Assembly (NCBI GenBank): GCA_951406725.2
Contig: OX597830.1
Coordinates: 31,930,001 to 31,994,000, forward strand
Length of the DNA: 64,000 nucleotides
DNA from: Octopus vulgaris
Taxonomy: Eukaryota
Direction: 5' to 3'
The notes beneath the pieces are model-generated. The model did not search any database, was not told the origin of the DNA, and saw only the letters and a list, made by a program, of their open reading frames with translations. Within the stretch, counting starts at the first letter, position 1. The number at the start of each line of letters is the position of its first letter. The position numbers and the translations under genes are program-made. Below are positions 1 through 11,768 of the stretch, piece by piece.

Positions 1-365
1 CACTTTTGATCAGGTGTCAGAAGACGTGGCACCCACTGAACAGAAACCTTCCTCATGTCAAGTACATTGTGCAGAAGATACTCAATTGCATTGGCTATTT
101 CATCTATAGCCCATTGCCTGTCGTCAATTACCATGTGGTCAACATCATCGATGTTTTCCTCGGTGGTGACAGTTGCAGAACATCCATACTTCAGGTCCTC
201 TTCAAGACCCTCCCTTCTAATTTCAGCTACTCACTTTAGCACTGTTGATAAAACTGGAATGTCATCCCCTAGTGTAACAACCACATCCACATGAATGTCC
301 TTGGGAGGCTAAACCCTTTTCCGTAGGTGTTTGATAACACCACAACGCTAAATTTTGTCTGTTTT
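1..365 (-). mobile_element. Decayed mariner transposase, N-terminal part (runs off the window edge)
   Basis: Minus-strand translation with stops and frameshifts reads ...PKDIHVDVVVTLGDD...TVTTEENIDDVDHMVIDDRQ...LHNVLDMRKVSVQWVPRLLTPDQK. WVPRLL is the mariner WVPHEL linker motif. Confidence 0.85.
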
Positions 366-1136
366 CAAACCAAGTCACTACTATTTATTTTAAAGTCTTC
401 TCCTAACATTCAGGTGTCAGTTTTCCTGGAAAAAAATACAGTTATTAATAAGGAGAATTTAAATTAATGCATGCAAGATTTCACAGCTCTAGTGTCACTC
501 CTTCATAGTTATCTGATAAATTTTACAGCTTGCTCTCATACAAATTTTTATGAATCAACAATTACAATTAGAAGACATATTAATCATTCAAAAACACAAA
601 AACCATTAACTTCACTTAAACATTATTATTTGGTGTCAAAATTTTCATCACACCAATTTGACCTGGTCACTGACACAGTTTCAATGTTTAAATAAAGTTA
701 ACAGCTTTCGTGTGTTTTTGAAAGGTTAATGTGTCTTCTATGCTGTAATTGTTTTAGTTTCAGCTCATGGTCTCAAATTAAATCACTTGCCAGACAAGTA
801 TATCTTTGAAATTTAGGAATTAACTTTTTGCCAAAATAGACCAACATCAATTTTCCTGCATGCAAGATCTTACCTCATATTTATCTCAATGTTTTCCCTT
901 TGTGTCAAAGCTATTATATTGTCTTACAGGCTCTCCACATTCTCAGGCATTTTTCTTATTAAATAGCTATGATTTTTCCTTTTCTTTTTAATATGTAGTA
1001 CAGCACTGATGTGGAGTCGCAATTTTAGATAAATAAACTTTGAAACAATTCTTGGGAAGAAGATTTGACATGCAAATGGACTCATGAATATACATACATA
1101 CATACATACATGCATAAATATTTGTGTGTATATATA

Positions 1137-1204
<68 letters not shown>

Positions 1205-1205
<1 letters not shown>

Positions 1206-1768
1206 CAGGGGTGTAACCAGCCCACTTATGTGCACCTTTCTTTCATTGGACACTAGCCTCTGTTTGCAAAGAACTGTTCAGGCAAGTGAAATCGAAATCA
1301 AACCAAATTCACAAATTCGATGACTGGCACCTGTGCCAGTGGAGCACTAAGAGCACCATCCAAGCATGATCACTGCCAGAGCAGCTGACTGGCTTCTGTG
1401 CCGGTGGAATGTAAAAAGCATCATTCAAATGTAATCGTCACCAGCGTTGCCTTACTGGCACTTATGCCAGTGGCACATGAAAAACATTCGAAGGAGGTCA
1501 TTGCCAGTGCCGCTGGACTGGCTCCTGAGCAGGTGGCACGTAAAAAACACCATTTGAACGTAGTCGTTGTCAGTACCGCCTGACTGGCCCTTGTGACAGT
1601 GTCACGCAAAAGCACCCACTACACTCTCAGAGTGGTTGACGTTAGGAAGGGCATCCAGCTGTAGAAACTTTGCCAGATCAGATTGGAGCCTGGTGCAACC
1701 ATCTCGTCCAACCCATGCGAGCATGGAAAGCGGACGTTAAACAATGATGATGATGATGATGGTGATGA
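1205..1768 (+). mobile_element. RTE-clade LINE 3' UTR fragment with internal ~60-bp tandem units and (GAT)n tail
   Basis: Colinear with the sequence 3' of the RTE ORF end at 26060-26860(-). Ends ...ggaagggcatccagctgtagaaac...catggaaagcggacgttaaacaatgatgatg. Confidence 0.75.
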
Positions 1769-2924
1769 TAATGACATACTTATTTACATTCTATGAAGCC
1801 ATTGTAAAGGGTTTTTAAGCTTAAAATACCAGGACTAATTAAATATTTCTAAGGCAGCATTTCAATATCTTTCTCGTTGTCATTTCTTATATTCTATGTT
1901 CTATTTGCAATGCTATCACTTTCAATCACTCACTAATTTTCTACACACACACACAAACACACACACACACACACGCACACACACACATGCACGCACGCAC
2001 ACACACACACACACACGCACACATGCACACACACATGCACGCGCACACTCACACACTCATATGTACATACATACCATCACCATTATCATCATTATTATGC
2101 TCTCACTTTCCATGCTGGCATAGATACATGTGTCTGTATATGTGTGTATGTGTGTGTATCTGTGTATATCTGTGTATGTGTGTGTGTGTCTGTGCAATGA
2201 CTCTTGTGCATATAATCGCTCCGTATTTTATCCACTTTTTCCATCTTGTGTTAAGGTAAACATTTATGTACCTTACACACACACACACACACATATACAC
2301 ATCTACACACACACATGCACTTGGATGTTGCTAAAAAATAGAATATGAAACAAGTATGCTTGTGTATGCGCATATGCATGTGTATGTGCATTAGTGTGCG
2401 ATAGCTTGTGTATGCGTGAGTGTATGCATAAGTGTATGTGTACATACGGCAGGGTGAGTATATATATATATATATGTATTATATGGAAACAAAAAGAAAT
2501 CTCTGATTTGGTTTGATTTTGTTCGGTTTGGACAATAACAGCAAAACACTAAACAACAACAACATCAACAACGACATCGACAGTAACAACAACAACAACA
2601 GCAGGAACAACAACATCAGCAGCAATAGCAGCCAACTGCTTCGAAATGTGGCACTTGATGAGGGCAAAGCTTTTAAGGAATACAACAGCGATGTAAACTC
2701 CTCACGTTTCTATAGTTTATGGAACTGCCAACACTTTACAAGAAAATTGCTTTTAGCCAAAAACATTCTTTCTGTGTCGAACAGAAGAACACATTGGAAC
2801 ATTTGTTTGGGGTTTAAATAATAACAAAAATATAAAAATATAAAAAAAATTAATAAAGAAATAAAACAAACCTTAGCAAAAGACAAAAAAATTCTTAGAA
2901 GGTTATATCGTTTTTATATGATTT

Positions 2925-2956
2925 ATACATACATACATATATAGATACATTCATAC

Positions 2957-2989
<33 letters not shown>

Positions 2990-3082
2990 TGTATGTATGT
3001 ATGTATGTATGTATGTATGTATGTATGTATGTATGTATGTATGTATGTATGTATGTATGTATGTATGTATGTATATATATAA

Positions 3083-3120
<38 letters not shown>

Positions 3121-3169
3121 GTATATATAAATGTATATATATGTGTGTGTGTATATGTATATACATATA

Positions 3170-3216
<47 letters not shown>

Positions 3217-3264
3217 TATATATGTATATATATATGTATATATATATGTATATATGTATATATG

Positions 3265-3335
<71 letters not shown>
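2925..3335. repeat. Compound (TATG)n/(TA)n microsatellite
   Basis: Directly visible. Confidence 0.95.
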
Positions 3336-3338
<3 letters not shown>

Positions 3339-3451
3339 TTTATATTTCATGAGTGGATGTTATTTATTTGTTACTTCATTTATTTACTAATTCCTTTTTT
3401 TTTTTCTTTTTTACTTTTTACTTGTGTGTTGTTTTTGTTTGCGAGTTAAAG

Positions 3452-3653
3452 ATACTGGAAATTGAAATCAATTTATCCAATAACAACATGGAAAATGGAA
3501 CAACCTCTATCTGTCAGCACAGCAGCATATTTTGATCGGTTCTCGCACAGCTCAAATGTCCCTAATCATCGTTTTTCCAACTCCGACCACCACCCCTTAC
3601 ACTATACCCACTATCCACCACCACCACCACCACTACCACCCAAACCACCTTAG
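3452..3653 (+). other. Possible plus-strand exon-like ORF ending PPPPPPLPPKPP*
   Basis: T-rich tract then aag| at 3451; open frame YWKLKSIYP...RFSHSSNVPNHRFSNSDHHPLHYTHYPPPPPPLPPKPP. No homology recognised. Confidence 0.15.
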
Positions 3654-4149
3654 TGATATCCTTGAAATAGGGACCTACAATGAATTTTTTTTTAAAGTCC
3701 CTACTTTCATTTTCAATTGATTTGTAACTCTGACACCTTGAATGAAAGAAACAGAATGATGTCGATTTCTTGATTGGATTGACTCTCCATCAATAAAAGG
3801 TAAAATTTACTGCTGCAAAATTTGAACTTGGAGCATTTATGTTGGGCCACCATCAGTTAATGTAAACTATGCATCTACACACATGTACATGCAGGTCATT
3901 TTAATTCTTTATTCATTGGGTTGTGGCCCATGCTGGAGCACCACCTTGAAGGATTTATTTCAAAAAATCAACCCCAGTTTTTATGCTACTCTTTAAAATC
4001 TGGTACTTAGTGTATTGGTTACTTTTGCTGAACTGTAAACAATAAACAACCACAACCATTTGCTCAGCAGTGGTGGAGGACAAGTATGAATACAAAGACA
4101 CACACACACACATATAAATATGCATATATGTGTGTGCATGTGTGTGTTA

Positions 4150-4740
4150 TTTTAATGAGATACATCTTGTAATCACCTGAAGAGACACATCTACACTGAT
4201 AGATACACCTAAATAGGTTGAAAATGGACAAGATCATCATCAATGCTTGAGATATCAACACAGGGGGAGGAGGCATCACAATTCGGGCAGCTATTATTGG
4301 AGGTGTTAGGATTAGTCCTTGGAAAGTGTCAGACAGTGTTAAAATGACTGAAGATGCTTACATAGCATTTCTGAGGGAGCACCTCGAACCTTGGTTAAAA
4401 AAGTAAAGAATCACCTTCGAGACAACCATAAAATTCCTGCAAGATAATGCGTCCTCACATTCAGCGAAGGAAAAATGCAGAGAATCAACAGCAATTAGGC
4501 TTCTGTGGACCCCGGAAGATGAAGTTGCCTGTCTGCTCTCCTGACTTAAACCCTTAAGAAAACTTGTGGAATATACTAAAGTGATGAGTTTATGAGAATG
4601 GACACCAGTTTAGGAGCAAGGCAATAGTGGATGTATCTTGAGGTATGACATCAGAGGAGATCTAGAAATTAGCTTGATCCATGGATCAGTACCTATACCG
4701 ACTTATTTCAAACAAAGGCTCACACATACCTTAATAACTA
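4150..4740 (+). mobile_element. Decayed Tc1-like transposase, C-terminal catalytic region
   Basis: Translates to ...AYIAFLREHLEPWLKK*..FLQDNASSHSAK...PVCSPDLNP*ENLWNILK. QDNA and SPDLNPxEN are Tc1 DDE motifs. Confidence 0.85.
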
Positions 4741-4805
4741 GCTCACTTATCATTTTTGAAAGCTGTTTATTTGTTTGTTTCTATTTCGTCAATGTTTATG
4801 ACAAT

Positions 4806-5174
4806 TTTTACTCTTTTACTCTTTTACTTGTTTCAGTCATTTGACTGTGGCCATGCTTTGGAAGCCTAGTACTTATTCTACCTGTCTCTTTTGCCGAACA
4901 GCTAAGTTACAGGGATGTAAACACACCAGCATCGGTTGTCAAATGATGTTGGGGGGACAAACACAAACACACCAACATATACACACACATATATATGCAT
5001 ATACATATATATGATGGGCTTCTTTCAGTTTCCGGATACCAAATCCATTCACAAGGCTATGGTTGGCCCGAGGCTATAGTAGAAGACACTTGCTCAAGCT
5101 GCCACGCAGTGGGACTGAACTCGGAACCATGTGGTTGGTAATCAAGCTACTTACCACACAGCCACTCCTACGCC
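4806..5174 (-). mobile_element. tRNA-derived SINE family A
   Basis: Head ggagtggctgtgtggtaagtagc (A box), gttcagtccc (B box), CORE-like cttgagcaagtgtctt, internal TA/TG microsatellite, (gtaaaaga)n tail. More than 20 homologous copies in the window. Confidence 0.9.
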
Positions 5175-5458
5175 TCTATGTGTATGTCTTCATTTCAGTA
5201 TGTGTATCAAACAATTAAATTAGTGTTTTCTTGTTTACATGAATTTTAATTACACCTCACTAATAATCTGAAACAGTGAAAGTTAACATAAATTTAGCAA
5301 ATGGTCATAGTTTCTGTGTTGTTTTATGGAAACTCACGTTTTTTTATACACCACACGCATATAACTTGCCATTATTCTGTGAAAATTTCGTCAATTTCCA
5401 ATAAGTAGTTTTTAAATAAGATAAAAAGATGTTATATCATTAATGATTTGAAATGCAG

Positions 5459-5491
<33 letters not shown>

Positions 5492-5720
5492 CTGTGTGTC
5501 TCCTGGGTTTCAAAGCTGGTACAGTGTATATCTGCCTGGCATAAGAGGCCACAACAAAGGTTGGCATCATGAAGAGCATCCATTTATAAAGTAATGCTGC
5601 AAAAAAGTCTCATCCAACCCATCTAGCATGAATGGGCAGGCATAAGTATGATGATGATGATGAGGAGGAGGAGGAGGAGGGTGACAATGACAAAGAAAAG
5701 GGGATACATATATATATATC

Positions 5721-5980
5721 TGAAAGAAGCCCGTCGTATATATGTGTATATATATATATATGTATGTGTGTGTATATACTTGTGTGTCTGTGTTTGTCTC
5801 CCCAACATCGCTTGATAACCGATGCTGGTGTGTTTACATCCCTGTAAATTAGTGGTTCGGCAAAAGGGACCAATAGAATAAGTACTAGGCTTACAAAGAA
5901 TAAGTCTTGGGGTCGATTTGCTCTACTAAAGGCGGTGCTCCAGCATGACCACTGTCAAATGACTGAAACAAGTAAAAGAA
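5721..5980 (+). mobile_element. SINE family A, 3' half
   Basis: Matches other family A copies from gaaagaagcccgtcg to gactgaaacaagtaaaaga. Confidence 0.9.
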
Positions 5981-6007
5981 TATATATATATATATGAAAA
6001 TACATGT

Positions 6008-6186
6008 CTGTGGCACATATAAAAGGTACGAAGCGCACTCTGTTAAGTGGTTGGCATTAGGAAGGGCATGTGGCCATAGAAACCATGTCATAACAGGCAG
6101 CTGGAGTTTGGACAGCTCCCTGCCAGTCAGCTCCATGCCAAACCTTCCAACCCATGCTCACAAGGAGAGTAGACTTCAAATGATAA

Positions 6187-6190
<4 letters not shown>
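6008..6190 (+). mobile_element. RTE-type 3' tail fragment
   Basis: gtggttggcattaggaagggcat...ccaacccatgc motif shared with 1205-1768. Confidence 0.7.
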
Positions 6191-6244
<54 letters not shown>

Positions 6245-6317
6245 ATCATTGAAATTCTGACTTAGTCTGATCTTCACGCTTTATTATTTGCAATTTTTAC
6301 AATTTTACAATATCGAA

Positions 6318-6359
6318 ATAAACTAGTACTTTCATGTATTTTGCAATCATCAGGTTTAT
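6318..6359 (-). ncRNA. Minimal type I hammerhead ribozyme motif
   Basis: Minus strand: ataaac-CTGATGA-ttgcaaaatacat-GAAA-gtac-TA-gtttat. Perfect 6-bp stem I, intact core, palindromic stem III (AGTACT), imperfect stem II. Confidence 0.75.
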
Positions 6360-6531
6360 GTACTGGAAGTTGTGTTCCACAATTGACAACTGTAGTGAAA
6401 TGCTTGGATTTGTCCTTTAAATACCTTCCGGTAGGCTCCAGCAGGCTGAATCATACAAATTGCATTTTGACCATACAGCATGTGACTTAGATGTCACAGT
6501 TTGGTGGGCACATCAAGGATTCTTCACTTTG

Positions 6532-6625
6532 ACCACACCTAAAGGAATAATTGTTTGGCTATATTTTGGAATATTGTAAACAACATTTCAAAATGTAGCC
6601 AAACAATTATTCCTTTAGGTGTGGT
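6532..6625. repeat. Fold-back palindrome with ~46-bp arms
   Basis: accacacctaaaggaataattgtttggcta...tagccaaacaattattcctttaggtgtggt with few mismatches. Confidence 0.9.
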
Positions 6626-7425
6626 TACTCTAGAAATTTTTATGTTTAAGTTGAATCAATGTTCATTTGATCAAGACTACTACCATCCTCCACTACTGAT
6701 GTTGTTAGTGGTGGTGTTGGTAGCAGTAGTAATAGCTGTAGTACATATTATTATTATCACCATTACTATAACTGTCCATTTAGAACAGGTTTCAATTTAT
6801 CAATAAAATTCTTTCTCTGTCTTTTCTCTCAATTTCACTTGAGAAGTATAGTTTGTAGAATGGGAACATTATAAACTTTTTCTGACCACATGTTGCCAGA
6901 TGGTTGCTTAAAGATATCTGATGGAAATCAAGGTCCCTAATTTGCTGTTTGTGCACATGTGAGTGTTCTGTTAATGCATTTCCAGTCTGACCAATTCAGG
7001 CATTTGATGAAATTATTTTTCTACTATATATATAAATGGTAGGTTTCTCCTTAGTTTTTGTCAGCCAAATTTTGCTCACAGCTTTACCGAGTTAGCATAC
7101 GCATTTAGCCAGGATGATGCAGTGTGGAATCAAACCTGAACCTCTATGGTTATGAAACAAATTTCTTAACCACACATTTCAGGTCAGCTTTTTCATTGAT
7201 TTTCCAAAGTATAATACAACCATCATTCTTAACCGACCGACCAATCCACCCACCCACCCAATGACTGACTAACCAACCAAAAGATTAAGAAACTCATATT
7301 TCAAGGCCATACACAAGACCACTTTCTAAGAATAACCAGAAAAATGTGACGAAAAGGTTAAATGAAATTTTCAAAAAGAGAATAAAATGCCATCTCAAAG
7401 TATGTCGAATATTCTTAGCAGTCAC

Positions 7426-7494
<69 letters not shown>

Positions 7495-7739
7495 ATATAT
7501 GTGTGTGTATGCATGTATATATATATATGTGTGTATATATATATGTATATATGTATGTATATATACATATGTGTGTATATGTACATAAATCCATGTATAT
7601 ATATGTATGTGTATACATATATGAATATATATATACATACTCATATTTCTTTCTATGTGTGTGTGTATAATATCTGTATGCATGTATGTGTGTGCGTGTT
7701 TGTAAACAAACAAGAAACAAAGAAATGAAAGCAGTATAT

Positions 7740-7745
7740 TTTATT
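7740..7745 (-). promoter_or_regulatory. Candidate polyadenylation signal AATAAA
   Basis: Minus strand reads tgAATAAAatatactgctttca followed by a U/GU-rich tract (tttctttgtttcttgtttgttt). Lies about 790 nt downstream of the candidate exon stop at 8529. Confidence 0.3.
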
Positions 7746-8054
7746 CAATACCCATTTAGCACCAATTTTTACTAGAATACCAAAAAAGAAAGCAAATAAA
7801 GAGAAAAACAGAAAGAAGAAAATGTGAAATAAAAAAAAATGAAAAAAAATAGAGAGGAAAGGAAATAATAATAGAAAATATTCTACTTTTACCATTCTTC
7901 TCTCCACTCTTCCTGAAACTTAATGCGGATGTGTCGTGATTCATTTCATAAGAAAAGAAGAATAAAATAACCAAAAACAAATAAATAAATAAATAAAAAA
8001 GGTAAGAAACATTTCGTAAATCTTAACATTCACCCCACGCACAAAAGAACAAAA

Positions 8055-8125
<71 letters not shown>

Positions 8126-8528
8126 TAATAATAATAATAATAATAGTAATAATAATAACATAGGGCAGAAGACAAAACTGCAAGCAACTACCTATGAGAT
8201 GAGAGATTTCTGTCCATTTAATCTTGAATCTTTGGGAGTCGAAACAGCTGTTGGTTACGGAAAGTTCTTGAGACTAAAATATCTTTTTGTACAATGAGGC
8301 ATGTGGATGAGGGGAAGCAGCTTTTATTTATTTATTTATTTATTTTCTGTATGCATATATATATATGTGTCTGTGTGTGTGTGTGTGTGTGTATGTGTGT
8401 ATGTGTGTGTGTGTGTGTATATGGGATTTTTTTTTTGGTGTGCGTGTGCTATTTTTTTTGTTTTTTTGTTTTTGGTCTTAGCTTAGAACAGTAGGAAATA
8501 TAGGAACATTTGGGTTCAAGAGAGACTA

Positions 8529-8672
8529 TTAACAGTTCTCTGTTGTTGCTATCGGTGGAACTTTGTCAATGACGTCATTATCTGGATTGTCTGAAATGAT
8601 GGACAACGTCTGCAGTAAATGTGAGAAGGTGGAAGTTTGTCGAGTGTGATTCTGTAAAGAGGGAGATGGAAC
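8529..8672 (-). CDS. Candidate terminal coding exon of an unidentified minus-strand gene
   Basis: Acceptor tttgtttgtttttgttgtccctttttag|. Phase-0 frame VPSPSLQNHTRQTSTFSHLLQTLSIISDNPDNDVIDKVPPIATTENC*. Unique, TE-free sequence. The other two frames also stay open for 30-40 codons, so phase is uncertain. Confidence 0.35.
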   Translation of the reverse strand, partial: VPSPSLQNHTRQTSTFSHLLQTLSIISDNPDNDVIDKVPPIATTENC

Positions 8673-8972
8673 CTAAAAAGGGACAACAAAAACAAACAAA
8701 TGAGAAAAATGGTACCAAATAACAACAAATAAAAAAAATGGTATGGAGAAATAGAAGAAAAGAATAGAAATAGTCGAAGTGTTTTTGTTAATAGTTCATT
8801 CATATGCAGCCTGTCTGTCCATTTTGGTTTGGTCTTAATAGAATTGGTCAAAATGCAGAAACTGTCAGAACACTTCTTCATGGTCTAATTGTATACAAGG
8901 ACTTGGAATTAACCACTTCCAGCTTGCAACCCTCTCATTTAAATAGCATTTTCTTCTTTTTCTTTTCTTTTT

Positions 8973-9023
8973 TTAATTTTCCTGGAACTCCACAGTCTCA
9001 GAGGCCATGGGTATAGATCCTTT
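8973..9023 (-). CDS. Candidate short terminal exon
   Basis: Long pyrimidine tract ending gtttagtttgtag|. Phase 0 reads KGSIPMASETVEFQEN*. Confidence 0.2.
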   Translation of the reverse strand, partial: KGSIPMASETVEFQEN

Positions 9024-9312
9024 CTACAAACTAAACGGACCAAGAAAATAAAAGAAAGAAAAAGGTGGGGCGCAAACATATACATACCTACACACACACA
9101 CACATACACATGCACACACAGCTGCATGCGCGCACACTCAAAAATGCATACAAACATACATTTATAAATGCATATACGCATATATATGTATATACACACA
9201 CATATGCATATAAATATACATATTCATACATATATATATATGTATATATACATAAACATATATATGTATATATATATATATACACATACACATACATATA
9301 TATATGTATATG

Positions 9313-9349
<37 letters not shown>

Positions 9350-9351
9350 TT

Positions 9352-9386
<35 letters not shown>

Positions 9387-9437
9387 TATATACATATATA
9401 TATACATATATATATATGTGTGTGTGTGTGTGTATAT

Positions 9438-9484
<47 letters not shown>

Positions 9485-10071
9485 TATTCCCTGTTTGTAT
9501 TCACTGTTTCCTACATATTAAGGCATGAATTTCACGTCAGCAAGTGACAAATGGGTGAACAGCATTGAGAAGCCAGCCTCAACGAAGGCAAAACATCACA
9601 ATCATTCTTAAGAGTCACTGCCGTGACAATGTCCACCTTGCTCTGTCATATACAGTATTTTTAACATAATACATCTAGAAAAGATTGTCTTTCTGACAAA
9701 AACCACTGCATCATGCCATCCAATGGCTTATATAAATTTAGTATGACACACAGACAGAAATTTTGATTTAATGCTGTTTTAATTGCATTCACTGAGTTTT
9801 TTACACCCCAGCAAGCTTTCTGCAAAATCAGTGAATGTATTATTGATTGTTTCCTATATATTGAAGCACAAATTTCATTTTACAAGTCAAAAATCTGCAC
9901 AGCTTCGACAAGCTGCAAGGAGGGTGAAACTCATCACTATTTTCATGAGTCATTACCAGAATGATGCTTGCCGTGCTTCCTGTTTTTAACACAAAATGTT
10001 TATGAAGAGGTTTTTTTTTACTCAGACAAAAACCACTGTATCATACCTTCTAACAATGTATAGTATATAAA

Positions 10072-10695
10072 TGGCAGTGGCTGTGTAAATAGCTTGCTAA
10101 CCAACCACATGGTACTAGGTTCAGTCCCACTGTGTGGCACCTTGGGCAAGTGTCTTCTACTATAGCCTTGGGCCGACCAAAGCTTAGTGAATGGATTTTG
10201 TAGACAGAAACTGAAAGGCGGCGAGCTGGCAGAAATGTTAGCATGCCGGGCAAAATGTTTAGCGGTATTTCATCTGCTGTTACATTCTGAGTTCAAATTT
10301 TCGCTGAGGTTGACTTTGCCTTTCATCCTTTCAGGGTCAATTAAATAAGTACCATTTATGCACTGGGGTTGATATAATCGACTTAATCCATTTGTCTGTC
10401 CTTGTTTGTCCCCTCTATTTTTAACCCCTTGAGGGCAATAAAGAAATAAGAAACTGAAACAAGCCTGTTGTATATATGTGTGTGTGTGTGTGTGGTTGTG
10501 TATCTGCGTTTGTCCCCTTCTACTATCACTTGACGACTGATGTTGGTGTGTTTATGTCCCCATAACTTAATGGTTCAGCAAAAGAGACCAATAGAATAAG
10601 TACTAGGCTTAGAAAAGAATAAGTCCTGGTGTCAATTTGCTCGACTAAAAGTGGTACTCCAGCATGGCCACAGTCAAATGCCAGAAACAAGTAAA
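10072..10695 (+). mobile_element. SINE family A interrupted by a family B SINE
   Basis: Head at 10072-10215; body resumes at 10449 after the insertion. Confidence 0.9.
10216..10448 (+). mobile_element. tRNA-derived SINE family B (Meta/Sauria-SINE-like central domain), full length with TSD
   Basis: aggcggcgagctggcagaa...gagttcaaatt...gactttgcctttcatcctttcagggtcaattaaataagtacc. Flanked by direct repeat agaaactgaa (10206-10215 and 10449-10458). Confidence 0.85.
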
Positions 10696-10914
10696 AAATA
10701 TATACAGATATTAAACAGTATGGCAAAATGCTTAACAGCATTTCTTGACATTCTGAGTTCAAATTCACCTGAAGTCAACTTTACCTTCCATCCTTTCAGG
10801 GTTGATAAAATAAGTGCCAATTTAACAGTGGGGTTGATGTAATCAACTTAACTACTACCTTGAATTTTCTGGCTTTGTACTAAAATTTGAAACCAATGCC
10901 TTTGATGTACCTTT

Positions 10915-11230
10915 GACAAGTATCTTCTAAAGCCTCGGGCTGGCCAAATCCTTGTGAGTAGATTTGGTAGATGGAAACTGAAAGAAGCTCATCATATATA
11001 TGTGTGCATGTGTGTGTGTGTGTGTGTGTGTCTTTGTGTCTGTGTTTGTCCCCCCACCATCACTTGACAACCGATTTTGGCGTGTTTACTTCCCCATAAC
11101 TTAGTGGTTCGGCAAAAGAGACCGACAAAGAATAAATCCTGAGGCCGATTTGTTTGACCAAATAAAAAACAAAAACAAGTGGCGCCCCAGCATGGCCACA
11201 CTGAAACAATTCAAAGAATAAAGTAAAAGA
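10915..11230 (+). mobile_element. SINE family A, 5'-truncated
   Basis: Homology to other family A copies. Confidence 0.85.
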
Positions 11231-11279
11231 ATGTATAAACATACACACACACAAATATATAAATTATAAATAATATATA

Positions 11280-11325
<46 letters not shown>

Positions 11326-11428
11326 CGGAGTAAACACATAAATGTGAAACAAGGTGGAAAAAAGAGTACTCAAATACCAGTGGTAGAGTAATATGCTTTA
11401 TTTAAAGCAGCAGAAAATTCAACAAAAC

Positions 11429-11466
11429 CTGTTACTCTGAGTTTCCTGTTGCCATTCATCAGACAG
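11429..11466 (-). ncRNA. Minimal type I hammerhead motif (left arm)
   Basis: ctgt-CTGATGA-atg(gcaa)cag-GAAA-ctcagag-TA-acag. Confidence 0.7.
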
Positions 11467-11481
11467 TTTTTCTAGCAAAAT

Positions 11482-11519
11482 CTGTCCGATGAACAGCAAC
11501 GAGAAACTCAGAGTAACAG
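11482..11519 (+). ncRNA. Minimal type I hammerhead motif (right arm, U4C variant)
   Basis: ctgt-CCGATGA-aca(gcaa)cga-GAAA-ctcagag-TA-acag. Stem I extends to 9 bp (aaaatctgt/acaggtttt); stem II is damaged. Confidence 0.6.
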
Positions 11520-11646
11520 GTTTTGTTGAATTTTCTGCTGCTTTAAGTAAAGTATATATATATATATACGTGCATATATGGGTACAGGATGTCACCAACA
11601 GGGAAAATAACATGAAATATGTATACAAACGAGGGAAATACAAGTG

Positions 11647-11681
<35 letters not shown>

Positions 11682-11691
11682 CACACACACA

Positions 11692-11768
11692 CAGAGGATA
11701 TCCAGAAAGTTTCGCCCAATACTATTGTTTTCAAAATAAGAATCAAGTGAAACTTTTGGGACACCCTA
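11692..11768. mobile_element. Tiny Tc1/mariner-type MITE
   Basis: Imperfect TIRs cagaggatatccagaaagtttcgc and gtgaaacttttgggacacccta, embedded in TA/CA repeats. Confidence 0.45.

Larger units (their letters stand above)
11320..11546. mobile_element. PLE-like terminal fragment with fold-back (11402-11546), inserted in (TA)n
   Basis: Arms ttaaagcagcagaaaattcaacaaaacctgttactctgagtttc... and ...gaaactcagagtaacaggttttgttgaattttctgctgctttaa. Each arm holds an HHR motif. Confidence 0.7.

Noticed and set aside
690-960. Possible Tc1-like N-terminal remnant on the minus strand
   Set aside because: Too decayed; no diagnostic motif could be read.
1325-1610. Repeat-spacer-like array resembling CRISPR (also 26200-26585)
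   Set aside because: Eukaryotic context, degenerate repeats, intervening segments related to each other, no cas genes; the array lies inside an RTE 3' UTR.
8552-8572. tcggtggaactttgtc resembles miR-278
   Set aside because: Mismatch at position 8, divergent 3' half, and no convincing precursor hairpin.
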